NCBI RefSeq assembly: GCF_009914755.1
Contig: NC_060931.1
DNA length: 64,000 nt
DNA from: the human T2T-CHM13v2.0 reference genome, Homo sapiens
Reading direction: 5' to 3' (one strand)
A model generated the notes under the pieces. It saw only the letters and a program-made list of their open reading frames with translations, was not told where the DNA came from and did no database searches. A program made the position numbers and the translations under genes. Below, piece after piece: positions 52,588 through 64,000 of this stretch (within the stretch, counting starts at the first letter, position 1; each line of letters starts with the position of its first letter).

Positions 52588-53944
52588 ACCACGAAGATGA
52601 CCAGACAGACCATGTTATGGTTGCTATACTCTTTTTGCAGATGGTGTTTAGTTTTTACTGTCTGTGGCAATTCTATCTATTGCCTGGAAATTGGCTGCTA
52701 TAGAAGTGGGTAAGAATTAAAAATTACCTTAATACTAATTATATTAATAACTACTAATCACGTTCTTAATGCGCATCAGCTCATTTGATCCTCACAATGA
52801 TCCTGTGAAGTATCTCCTGTTATTATTCAACTTTACAGATGAATGGTAGAAAGAGAATCTGAACCTCTACAGTCTTACTCTGGATTCCAGGCTTTTAAAC
52901 ATTTCTCTTTATTGCTGGTATTTTTCACTGTGATCAGTAACTAGAGACATAGCTTCAGAGATAGACATGCATTTATGAGCTATGCAAAAGCCTTAGGAGT
53001 CTTTTGCACAGGCAGCAGGCATAATGCTTAGGAAACGAGGTCAGCCTCTTGTCATACCTGCTGGACTTGATTTTAATAAAGCTTTGCAAGCAAGTCATAA
53101 GAGAAATGGGAGCAATTTGGAAATAAATTACTTCCATTATGCTGCAGAATCTCCTATATACTGTGGCATTTAGGAATTATTCACAGATGTATGTTTACAG
53201 TTAAAAAATCAACTATACTGTGCTCAATTATATGAGGGGAAAACTCTAGTAAACAGTTTTTAATTGGATTGAAATTAAGATAAATTTAGGATAATGAAGG
53301 AAAATGTCTTAACAGCAAGATTTATAGACTGTGTGCAAAACTCCCATTGGAAGTGAAAGAAGCCCAGTATTTTGAAATGCAAAATTTACATGCACATGAG
53401 GAAAAAACATTATGTGTACACTCAGTTTCTATGTAGTCATGAAATTCTTTTGAAACAACAGACTATATATGTATTATTCAATAGACAGATATGAGCATTC
53501 ACTGTTACAAAGCTCTATATTTGGTACTATGGGAAGTACAAAATTCTCCAAAATCTAGCTACAGATTCCAAGTAATTCATGATCTACTGAGTTATACGAC
53601 TTCTTTATTAGAGGAACTGTATAGCGTATCCATAAAATGTTCACGAAATGTGAGAACCAAATTATAAAATATTCTTTTGGAAGACACGCTATATTTGGTA
53701 AAAGAGAAAATGAGATCCCAGAAGATATTCATCCTGAAAGAAGAGGAAAGAATGAAATTTGATTTTCTTTTCATCTAATTCTAGGGTTTAAGTGCAATAA
53801 AGGGTTAAGGAACATCCTATATGAAGCTTTAAAAGCAGATTCTTTGAAAATATTAGTAATAGGGGGTGGATTTTCAAAGATGGGATGAGAGCTTACCTTT
53901 GCAATCACATAAATGACTTGGGACAAACCATGATACATTCTAAA

Positions 53945-54113
53945 CCCTTGCTATTCGAAGTGTGGCCTATGGATCAGCAGCATCAGCATCACTTGAGAGC
54001 TTGTTAGAAATGCAGAATCTCAGGCCCATCCCATGCCTATTGAATCAGAATCTTCATTTCAATAAGACTCCAGGTGAAATTGTATGCACAGTAACATTTG
54101 GAAGTATTGGTCT
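53945..54113. mobile_element. MER5A hAT-Charlie MITE
   Basis: cagcagcatcagcatcacttgagagcttgttagaaatgcagaatctcaggccc...tgaatcagaatct. Confidence 0.9.
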
Positions 54114-54289
54114 AAATAATAAGCCTTTGGCACAAGGTATTTTGCATTTTTGCTCTTTTTGCAACAGTCATTTGCTGAGGTATTCGTCTACCTTTCTAAG
54201 ATCCTTTCTTTCTACTTCACTCTCCAAACCATTCTCCCCAGAAGCTTTTCTGTCTCTACTGCTGCCTGCAAGAGCTTCTCTTTTAAACA

Positions 54290-54582
54290 AATTTGTTTTT
54301 AGTACAGAGTCTTACTCTGTTACCTATGCTGTTGTGCAGTCATGCAATCATAGCTCACTGTAACCTCGAACTCCTGACCTCAACCAATCCTTCAGCTTCA
54401 GCCTCCCAAGTAGTTAGAACTACAGGTGGTTGCCACCCTGCCTGGCTAATTTTTAAATATTATTTTAGAGATGGGGTGTTGCTGTGTTGCCATGGCTGGC
54501 CTCAACCTCCTGGCCTTAAGTGATTCTCCTGCCTCAGCCTCCTCTGTAGCTAGGATTACAGGTGCATGCCACCAGGCCCAGC
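54290..54582 (-). mobile_element. Alu (AluJ class)
   Basis: Diverged antisense Alu; TSD aagagct(t/g)ctctt at 54270-54282 and 54583-54595. Confidence 0.93.
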
Positions 54583-54764
54583 AAGAGCTGCTCTTGACTT
54601 GATTGCTTTCCACTGTCTTTTTGGCCAAAGCCATATGGAACAATTTGCATTTTCTGAATATCCTGTGTTCTTTCATGCCCTCCACCCACGTTACCCTCCA
54701 TATCCCCATTTGGACCCATTTGACCTTTGGGACTCAGTGAAGCCTCCTCTCCCTTTTTACTTTA

Positions 54765-57700
54765 TAGATATATATACACCACAGTTTATTTATCCACTCA
54801 TTGGACATTTGAGTTGGTTCCACGTTTTTGCAATTGAGAATTATGCTGTTATAAACATGCATGTGCAAGTATCTTTTTCATATAATGACTTCTTTTCCTT
54901 TGGGTAGATACCCAGTAGTGGGATTACTGGATCAAATGGTAGTTCTACTTTTAGTTCTTTAAGGAATCTCCACACTGTTTTCCATAGTGGTTTTACTAGT
55001 TTACATTCCCACCAGCAGTGTAGAAGTGTTGCCTGTTCACCTCATCCACACCAACATCTATTATTATTATTATTATTTAATTATGACCATTCTTGCAGGA
55101 CTAAGGTGGTATCACATTGTGGTTTTGATTTGCATTTCCCTGATCATTAGTGATGTTGAGCATTTTTTCATACGTTTGCTGGATTTATATATCTTCCTTT
55201 GAGAATTGTCTATTCATCGCCTTAGCCCAATTTTTGATGGGATCGTTTGTTTTTTTCTTGCTAATTTGTTTGAGTTCGTTGTAGATTCTGGATATTAGTC
55301 CTTTTTCAGATGTATAGATTGTGAAGATTTTCTCCCACCCTGTGGGTAGTCTGTTTAGTTTGCTAACTATTCCTTTTGCCATGCAAAAGCTCTTTAGTTT
55401 AATTAAGTCCCAGCTATTTATCTTTGTTTTCATTGCATTTGCTTTTGCATTCTTGGTCATGAAATCCTTGCCTAAGCCAATGTCTAGAAGGGTTTTTCCG
55501 ATGTTATTGTCTAGAATTTTTATAGTTTCAGGTCTTAGATTTAAATCCTTGATCCACCTTGAGTTGATTTTTGTATAAGGTGAGAGATGAGGATCCAGTT
55601 TCATTCTCCTACGTGTGGCTAGTCAATTATCCCAGCACCATTTGTTGAATAGGGTGTCCTTTCCCGGCTTTATGTTTTGTTTGCTTTTTTGAAGATCAGT
55701 TGGCCATAAGTATTTGGGTTTATTTCTGGGTTCTCTTATTCTGTTCCATAGGTCTATGTGCCTATTTTTATACCAGTACCATGCTGTTTTGTTGACTATG
55801 GTCTTATAGTCGTTTGAAATCAGGTAATGTGATGCCTTCAGATTTGTTCTTTTTGCTTAGCCTTGCTTTGGCTACGCGGGCTCTTTTTTGGTTCCATATG
55901 AATTTTAGGATTTTTTTTCTAGTTCTGTGAAAAATGATAGTGGTATTTTGATGGGAATTGAGTTGAATGTGTAGATTGCTTTTGGCAGTACGGTCATTTT
56001 CACAACATTGATTCTACCCATCCGTGAGCATGGGATGTGTTTCCATTTGTTTGTGTCATCTATGATTTCCTTCAGCAGTGATTTGTAGTTTTCCTTGTCT
56101 TTCACCTCCTTGGTTTGGTATAATCCTAAGTGTTTTATTATTATTTTTTGCAGCTATCGTAAAAGTAGTTGAGTTTTTTATTTGATTCTCAGATTGGTCA
56201 CTGTTGGCATATAGAAGAGTTCCTGATTTGTGTACCTTAATTTTGTATCTGGAAACTTTGCTGAATTCTTTCGTCAGTTCTAGGAGCTTTCTGGAGGAGT
56301 CTTCAGGGTTTTCTAGTTAAACAATCATATCATCAGCAAACAGTGACAGTTTGACTTTCTCTTCCAGCAACAGTTTGACTTGTCTTTTATTTCTTTCTCT
56401 TGTCTGATTGCTCTGGCTAGGACATCCAATAGTATGCTGAAGAGGTGTGGTGAGAGTAGGCATCCTTGTCTTGTTCCACTTCTCAGAGGGAATGCTTTCA
56501 ACTTTTCCCCATTCAATATTATGTTGGCTGTGGGTTTGTCATAGATGGCTTTTATTACATTGAGGTATGTCCCTTGTATGCCAATTTTGCTGAGAGTTTT
56601 AGTCATAAAGTGATGCTGGATTTTATCAAATGCTTTTTCTGCATCTATTGAGATGATCATGTGATTTTTGTTTTTAATTCTGTTTATGCGGTGTATCACA
56701 TTTATTGACTTGCATAGGTTGAACCATCCCTGCATCATTGGTATGAAACCCACTTGATCATGGTGGATTATCTTTTTGATATATTGTTGGATTCAGTTAG
56801 CTAGTATTTTGTTAAGGATTTTTGCATCTATGTTCATCAGGGATTTTGGCCTGTAGTTTTCTTTTTTGGTTATGTCCTTTCCTGGTTTTGGTATTAGGGT
56901 GATACTGGCTTCATAAAATGATTTAGGGAGGATTCCTTCTTTCTCTATCTTGTGTAATAGTGTCAATAGGATTGGTACCAGTTCTTCTTTGAATGTCTGG
57001 TAGAATTCTGCTGTGATTCCTTCTGGTCTTGGACTTTTTTTTTTCTTTGTGGTTTTTAAATTACCATTTCAATCTTGCTGCTTGTTATTTGTCTGTTCAG
57101 GGTATCTAATGCTTCCTGATTTAAGTTAGGAGGATTGTATCTTCCTAGGAATTTATCCACCTCCTCTAGGTTTTCTAGTTTATGTGCATAAAGGTGGTCA
57201 CAGTAGCCTTGAGTGATCTTTTGTATTTTTGTGATGTCAGTTGTAATATATCCCATTTCATTTCTAATTGAGCTTATTTGGATTCTCTCTTTTCTTTTCT
57301 TGGTTAATCTTGCTAATGGTCTATCAGTTTTATATTTTTAAAGAACCAGCTTTTTGTTTCATTTATTTAATTTATTTATTTATTTTTGTTTCAGTTTCAT
57401 TTAGTTCTGCTCTGATCTTGGTTATTTCCTGTCTTCTGCTGGGTTTTGGTTTGTTTTATTTTTGTTTCTCTAGTTCCTTAAGGTATGACCTTACATTGTC
57501 AGTTTGTGCTCTTTCAGACTTTTTGATGCAAGCGTTTAGGGCTATAAACTTTACTTTTAGCACTGCCTTTGCTGCATCCCAGAGCTCTTGATATATTGTG
57601 TCACTACTGTTGTTCAGTTCAAAGAATTTTTTAATTTCCATTTTTGACCCAATGATCATTCAGGAGCAGGTTATTTCATTTCCGTGTATTTGCGTGGTTT

Positions 57701-60001
57701 TGAGGGTTCCTTTTGGGGTCAATTTCCAGTTTTATTCCACTGTGATCTGAGAGAGTGCTTGATATAATTTCAAGTTCCTTAAACTTATTGAGGCTCATTT
57801 TGTGGCCTATCATATGGTCTATCTTGGAGAAAGTCCTATGTATTGATGAATAGAATGTATATTCTGCAGTTGTTGGGTAGAATGTTCTGTAAATATCCGT
57901 TAAGTCCATTTGTTCCAGGGTATAGTTTAAATCTATTGTTTCTTTTTTGACTTTCTGTCTTGATGACCTATCTAGTGTTGTCAGTGGAGTATTGAAGTAC
58001 CCTACTATTATTGTGTTGCTCTCTATCTCATTTCTTAGATCTATTAGTAATTGTTTTATAAATTTGGGAACTCTAGTGTTAGGTGCATATATATTTAGGA
58101 TTGTGATATTTTCCTTTTGGACAAGGCCTTTTATCAATATATAATCTCGCTCTTTGTCTTTTTTAACTGCTGTTGCTTTAATGTTTGTTTTGTCTAATAA
58201 AAGAATAGCTACTCCTACCAGCTTTTGGTGTCCATTTGCATGGAAGGTCTTATTCCACCCCTTTACCTTAAGTTTATGTGAGTTCTTTTGTGTTAGGTGA
58301 GTCTTTTGAAGGCAGCAGATAGTTGGTTGGTGAATTCTTATCCATTCTGCAATTCTGCATCTTTTAAGTGGAGCATTCAGGCTGTTTACATTCAACATTA
58401 GTATTGAGATGAGAGGTACAATTCCATTAATTGTGCCATTTGTTGCCCGTATATCTTTTTGTTGTTGTTGTTATTTGCTTGTTTGTTTTGTATTTTTGTT
58501 TTATAGGTCCCATGAGATTTATGCTGTAAAGAGGTTCTGTTTTGATGTGTTTCCAGTATTTGTTTCGAGATTTAGAGCTCCTTTTGGCAGTTCTTGTAGT
58601 GCTAGGTTGGTAGTGGCAAATTCTCTCAGCTGTTTGTCTGAAAAAGACTGTATCTTTCCTTCATTTGTGAAGCTTAGTTTCATTGGATACAAAATTCTTG
58701 GCTGATAATTGTTTTGTTTAAAAAGGCTGAATATAGGGCTTCATTCCCTTCTAGCTTGTAGGGTTTCTGCTGAGAAATCTGCTGTTAATCTGATAGGCTT
58801 TCCTTCTTAGGTTACCTGGTGCTTTTGCCTCACAGCTCTTAAGATCCTTTCGCTCGTCTTGACTTTAGACAACCTGATGACAGTGTGCCTAGGTGATGAT
58901 CTTTTTGCAATGAATTTCCCAGGTATTTGCTGAGCTTCTTTTATTTGGATGTCTACGTCTCTAGCAAGGCTGGGGAAGTTTTCCTCAATTATTCTCCTAA
59001 ATGTATTTTCTAAACTTTCAGATTTCTCTTCTTCCTCAAGAATGCCAATTGTTCTTAGGTTTGGTCATTTGACATAATCCCAGACTTCTTGAAGGCTTTG
59101 TTCATATTTTCTTACTCTTTTTAGTTTGCCTTTGTTGGATTGGGTTAATGCAAAAACCTTGTCTTTGAGCTCTGATGTTCCTTCTTTTGCTTGTTCTATT
59201 CTATTGCTGAGAATTTCCAGAGCATTTTACATTTCTATAAGTGCATCCATTGTTTCCTGAAGTTTTGATTGTTTTTCATTTATGCTGTCTATTTTATTGA
59301 AAATTTCTCCCCTCATTTCTGGTATCTTTTTTTGACTTCCTTAAATTGGGCTTCACCTTTCTCTGTTATCTCCTTGATTAGCTTAATAACTAACCTTTTG
59401 AATTCTTTTTCAGGTAAATCGGGGATTTCTTCTTGGTTTGGATCCATTGTTGGTGAGCTAGTGTGGTTTTTGAGGGGTGTTAAAGAACCTAGTTTTGTCA
59501 TATTACTGAGAGTTGGTTTTCTGGTTCCTTTTCATTTGTGTAGGCTCTGTCAGCGGGAAGGTCTAAGGCTGAAGGCTGTTGTTCAGATTCTGTTGTCCCA
59601 CAGGGTGTTTCCTTGATGCAGTACTCCCTGCACTTGTCCTAGGGATGTGGCTTCCTGAGAGCCAAGCTGTAGTGTTATCTCTGTTCTGGATCTAGCCGCC
59701 CAGCAGGTCTACCAGGCTCTGAGCTGGTACTGGGGGTCGTCTGCACGGAGTCCTGTGATGTGAACTCTCTGTGGGTCTCTCAGCAATGGATACCAGCACC
59801 TGTTAGTATTTGGAGGGTCTTCCGGGTCCTGCAGGAGCAATCTGTTTCTTTCAGAGGGTCTGTGGGTTCTCTTGGCTTCCCTGATTTATTCCTGCAGTTA
59901 TTCTGGAACAAAAGTTCATAAGGCGAGCCTCCACAAGCTGCTCTGTCTGTCTGAGTGGGAACTGCATTCTAGTCCTGCCTCCTGTCCGCCATGATCTTCC
60001 C
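54765..60001 (-). mobile_element. Near-full-length L1PB-type LINE (5' end present, 3' UTR and poly-A missing); ORF1 and ORF2 disrupted
   Basis: 5' end gggaagatcatggcggacaggaggcaggactag; ORF1 N-terminus MDPNQEEIPDLPEKEFKRLVIKL (59313-59501); ORF2 EN 57676-58398; [33 protein letters not shown] (56325-56753). Confidence 0.97.
57676..58398 (-). pseudogene. L1 ORF2 endonuclease domain remnant (240 codons open, catalytically defective)
   Basis: LNVNSLN, NIYAPN, SKIDHM and SDH motifs present; CLQE is now CLQK and GDFN is now GYFN at catalytic positions. Confidence 0.9.
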
Positions 60002-61989
60002 AAAGTACAAATGGCTTTTCTGGTGCTCTGTTTGGGGGCCCTAATTTATTGATTTGTAATAAGTGATACAGCTTCTGCAGAAAAAGTACCCGAACAGTGT
60101 CAGGTGGTCTCACATTTGACAAGTACCATTCAGATGACTCTGAAATACTTCGGAAGTATTATAATATGGGTAAACTGTAGGGGGATGTCCCAGTCTCTAT
60201 GGGAATCCATGACAATGGCCTGTTTTATGATCTTAAATCAAATTGAAGACTTTGCAATTTCTCCATATGTAACCTGCTTGTTTCCCTTCTATGGATAACA
60301 ACCTCTGAAAACTTTCTAGAAAGAAGTCCAAGTGGTCATTGAAAATCCCTCTGGAAGATTTTTAATGTTGGGACACATGAATTGTAGGGGAAGATCATTT
60401 CTGCCAAGTCTTACTAGGAATTCTGGTCAGATTTTTTTTCTTCAATTGTTGCAAAAACTTGCTGATTTTTATGGGATATTGCTTTAGGAAAATGTGGAAG
60501 ATTTAAAAGTAGAAATATCTTGGAGGAGAATGGAGTTTAAGGAGGTAGAAAGTAGATTCAACATTTTGTGTAATATTGTTTAAAATAGAGAGTCTATGAA
60601 GATAAGATTACCATTCACGTTCCAGATATTGGGTTAGAATTTTGAAAGTCCATGAATCTTTGAGCAATCAAAATGAAGAGAAAAACAGATCATTGAAAAA
60701 TGTCTGTATGAGCAGAAGTAAAATTTTTATTTGAATGTTCCTCATGAAGCACTTATTCAAAAGATGTGGAGACATAAGACAAAAAGAAAACTTAATATAG
60801 GATAGCAAACAGGTAGCCGAGGAACAGTAAAAACTGTAACTCTTGGTTTCTGTTGCTGATATAATGGTATTTGTAGGTAGCTTAAAAAGTGATGATCAGA
60901 TATGGTGGATACAATATTTTTTAAAAAGTAATGTTAAAGGCATAGCTGAGCTGGCCAGACTGTAAAGAAAACCTTGGAGGAAAGCAGAAATCCAGCGAGG
61001 GGAAGGAGCACTAGAGTAGGTAGTTGTCCTGGAAGCCAGAGCTTAGGTTTTCAAGAGCTCCAGTGAGGGATGAGTGACTAAGTCAAGCGCATGTCTAAGG
61101 TGGGAAGTATGATCCACTATCAATTTTAGAAAGCCTGGACCCCTTAAAATTGAGTGAATGGTGGGGACCACCTCCTAGAGAAAGGAAGTGAGTAAACTTG
61201 TTTATCTTTTTCTCTGGCCTATGTTGGGGAAATAATAAATAGATATAATTTCACAAGCAGAAGCCTGCCTTCATGTGGATTGGGAACATTATTTATACCG
61301 TCGAAGCTGATAATTTACTGTAAAATGGTCTACATGTGGAGGTGCCTCCAGGGGTACAGTGGAGGTCAATGTGAACTCTGTTTGAAGAAACCCACCCAAA
61401 CTTAGGTCTAAAAGAATTATCATTCCAGGAAACACATGCAAGATTAAAACATATATGAGGAAAGAAACCACCATTAGAAAGTTAGCAGAAACAATAAAGA
61501 CCAAAGCTATTAAAATTGTTGGATAAATATAAAAAATAACTGTATGAGATACACTTAAATAATTAAAGAGACCATTAAAAATATAACCAAGCAAACAAGA
61601 AAAGACTATAAAAAGTACCAAGCTAATTTTAAAACGAACCAAATACAATTTCTAGAACTAAAAATATAGTAATTAAATTAGATAAGCAATGGGTTAAGCC
61701 AATTAGGACCAAAAAAAAGAAAAAATGATGCAACAGAAACTCCAGCTGAAGAGACTATTATGCTTCTTAGACAAAGATTAGAAATGCGAAAAATATGAGG
61801 GATTAATAAGTTTACACGTATGTCTACTGGATATTTCAGACAAACGATAGAGAAAAGCCAATATCTGAAGTGATAATGTCTGATAATCTTCCAGAACTGT
61901 AGAATAACAGGTCACATAAAATGTGGGAAGTTACACAAATCCTAAGAAGTAAAAATTTAAAAAAAGTTCTACTTGAAATAAGTCGGAAA

Positions 61990-62580
61990 TGCTGCCAGTG
62001 TAATGGTTAAGAGTACAGACTCTGAAGCCAGACTGCCTCGATTCAAATCTAGGCTCTATCACTAGCGAACTAATTGCCTGAGTTTCCTCATCTATAAAAT
62101 GGAAATAACAATACAAGTTGAGCATCCCTAAGCCGAAAGTTCGAAATACTCAAAAATTGGAAGCTTTTTGAGCACCAGAAGTGGAAAATTTCACACCTGA
62201 CCTCATGTGTTGGGTTGTAGACAAAATGCAGTCAAAACTTTGTTTCATGTACTTCATGCACAAAATTGTTTAGAATATTGTACAAAATTACCTTCCGGCT
62301 ATTTGTATAAGGTATATGTGAAACATAAATGAACTTAAATGAACATAAGTGAAATAATATATCATTATGTAAGTGCAAATATTTCCAAATCCGAAAATAT
62401 CTGAAATCAAAAACACTTCAGGTCCCAAGCATTTTGGATAAGGGATACTCGACCTACAATAGTACCTACTTCATAGTATGGACATGAAAATTAAATGACA
62501 ATGTATATAGATATAGCCAAAAATAGTCCCTGGCACATTGTAACACTGTAAAAAAAGCTTTAACTGCTTGTTATTGCTAT
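61990..62580 (+). mobile_element. MIR split by Tigger4
   Basis: gtgtaatggttaagagtacagactctgaagccagactgcc...gtttcctcatctataaaatgg, resuming as aatagtacctacttcatag...cctggcacattgtaa. Confidence 0.85.
62114..62456 (+). mobile_element. Tigger4 (MER46/Zombi) TcMar DNA transposon
   Basis: TA then caagttgagcatccctaa ... ggtcccaagcattttggataagggatactcgacct (terminal inverted repeats). Confidence 0.88.
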
Positions 62581-62665
62581 TACTTATAGAGGGACTTCTC
62601 TAGAGCACAGTGAGGCCAGAGGAGAGTAGAATGTTTCTACACATTTCTAAAAGAAAATAACTGTA

Positions 62666-62810
62666 GGCTGGGCACCGTGGCTCACATCTGTAATCCCAGC
62701 ACTTGGAAGGCCAAGTGGGGAGGATCAGTTGAGGCCAGGAGTTCAAGATCAGGCTGGGAAACATAGCAAGACCCCATCTCTACAAAAAAAAGAAGAAAGA
62801 AAGGAAAAGA
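62666..62810 (+). mobile_element. FLAM / Alu left monomer
   Basis: ggctgggcaccgtggctcacatctgtaatcccagcact...gaccccatctctacaaaaaaa. Confidence 0.9.
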
Positions 62811-62899
62811 ATTATACACCCAGTAAAATCACCTCTTTTGAACAAGGTCGAATTAAAGTCATTTTGAGATTAAAAAAAAAAAGACCTTACCACCAACAT

Positions 62900-63126
62900 C
62901 TTTTTATTTGCTTGTTTATTTAAACGTTTATTTTAAGTTGAGGGGTACAGGTGCAGGTTTGTTATAATAGTAAATTATATGTCATTGGGGTTGTGTGTAC
63001 AGATGTTTTTGTTACCCAGGTAATAAGCATAGTACCCGATAGTTAGTTTTTTGATTCTTACCTCCTCCTGTCCTTCACCTGGTGGAGGCCCTGGTGTCTG
63101 TTGTTCTTTTCTTTTTGTCCATGTAC
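62900..63126 (-). mobile_element. Short L1PA (old primate) 3' end
   Basis: ttttaagttgaggggtacaggtgcaggtttgttat...gttacccaggtaataagcatagtacccgatag. Confidence 0.85.
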
Positions 63127-64000
63127 CGTCAACATCGTACTAAAGAAACTTCTAGAAAAAGTGCATTAGGAAGAAAGAATATCGTCCCATAACGAAACCC
63201 CCATTATGTAAGAATAAATATTAAAAATATCAGTATATCTAAATAAATAGAAACTGTATAAAATAATAATAAATGTTTAACATGTAGAGCTAAAAAAAAA
63301 TAAGCAGAAATAGCATATTATTTGTCTATGGAGTGGTGGTATCATTATAATGAAAGCATTATAAAGTCTTAGTATTCCAAGAGAATGCAAAGACATGGAC
63401 TTAACTTAAATATTAATGTTAATATTTATAGAAAATCATTAAAGAATGGGAATCAAATTTATAATTTTTATACTAATAGAAAAAATAAAATGGAACACAT
63501 TTTTAAATTGAGGCAGGAAAGAACACTATCAGAAAAAAACAAATAAACCCAAATGATAAGATTGAAGAAATGATAACATGGACTAAATATATCACAATTC
63601 ACAATAAGAGTAAATAGGTTACACCTTCTAGTTAAAAGATAATGACTATCATACCGAATTAAAAAATAAAATCCAGTTTGGTTATGTTTTCCCTAAAGGG
63701 ACACCTAAAATATGAAGTCATTCCACCAGAAGTGTTTAAAATTAAAAGATTAACAAAAATATATACCAGGAAAATACAGCTTAAGAGAAAGCTGATGAAG
63801 AGAAAGTAATTAATATCAGACACAATAAACTTTAAGGAGGTGGATAATGATGAATGATGTAATTCACTGGGAAGCTTTAACCATTCTAGGTGTATATCGA
63901 CTTAGAAACAGAGATTTATTTCATCAAAAGGAAATTCTGGTTAAACTACAAGAAGTTGCTAAATTCACCACCATTGTGAGAAATTTGATACATATTTCTA

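Larger units (their letters stand above)
61300..64000 (+). mobile_element. Very old L1M (ORF1 region and start of ORF2 endonuclease), fragmented by younger insertions
   Basis: A-rich L1-like text; near 63590-64000 gtaaataggttacacc..ttaaaaga, aaatatataccagg and taatatcagacacaataaactttaagg resemble the L1 ORF2 5' end; boundaries uncertain. Confidence 0.6.

Noticed and set aside
57676-58398. Longest ORF in the window (240 aa) as a possible domesticated L1 endonuclease
   Set aside because: Catalytic Glu (CLQE to CLQK) and Asp (GDFN to GYFN) are substituted and the rest of ORF2 is fragmented, consistent with neutral decay.

Overview
Primate (most likely human or another catarrhine) genomic DNA. 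It is AT-rich and CpG-depleted, with no CpG island and no supportable intact protein-coding gene, rRNA, tRNA or CRISPR array; it reads as intergenic or deep-intronic sequence. Much of the window is interspersed repeats: about 14 Alu/FLAM copies, many MIR and L2 relics, several L1s (including a near-full-length L1PB-type element at ~54.8-60.0 kb), an MST LTR, a 5'-deleted HERV-L provirus with its MLT2A 3' LTR, and DNA-transposon fossils (MER58, MER2, MER30, MER5A, Tigger4, Zaphod/MER91). The most unusual structure is an inverted repeat not recognisable as a known transposon: two 270-bp arms (6217-6486 and 6997-7266) around a 510-bp spacer. The arms are diverged except for an 82-bp perfectly identical core, and each arm carries an outward-facing acceptor-exon-donor layout, so it is a candidate flippable, gene-converting cassette of a spliced noncoding transcript. 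Other observations are a 33-bp templated copy between two MIRs, a multi-hairpin fold-back repair scar, E-box multiplication at a hAT terminus, several homeodomain/TALE/NF-Y motif clusters and candidate lncRNA exons. Repeat subfamily calls come from recalled consensus sequences, and boundaries of old repeats are approximate.
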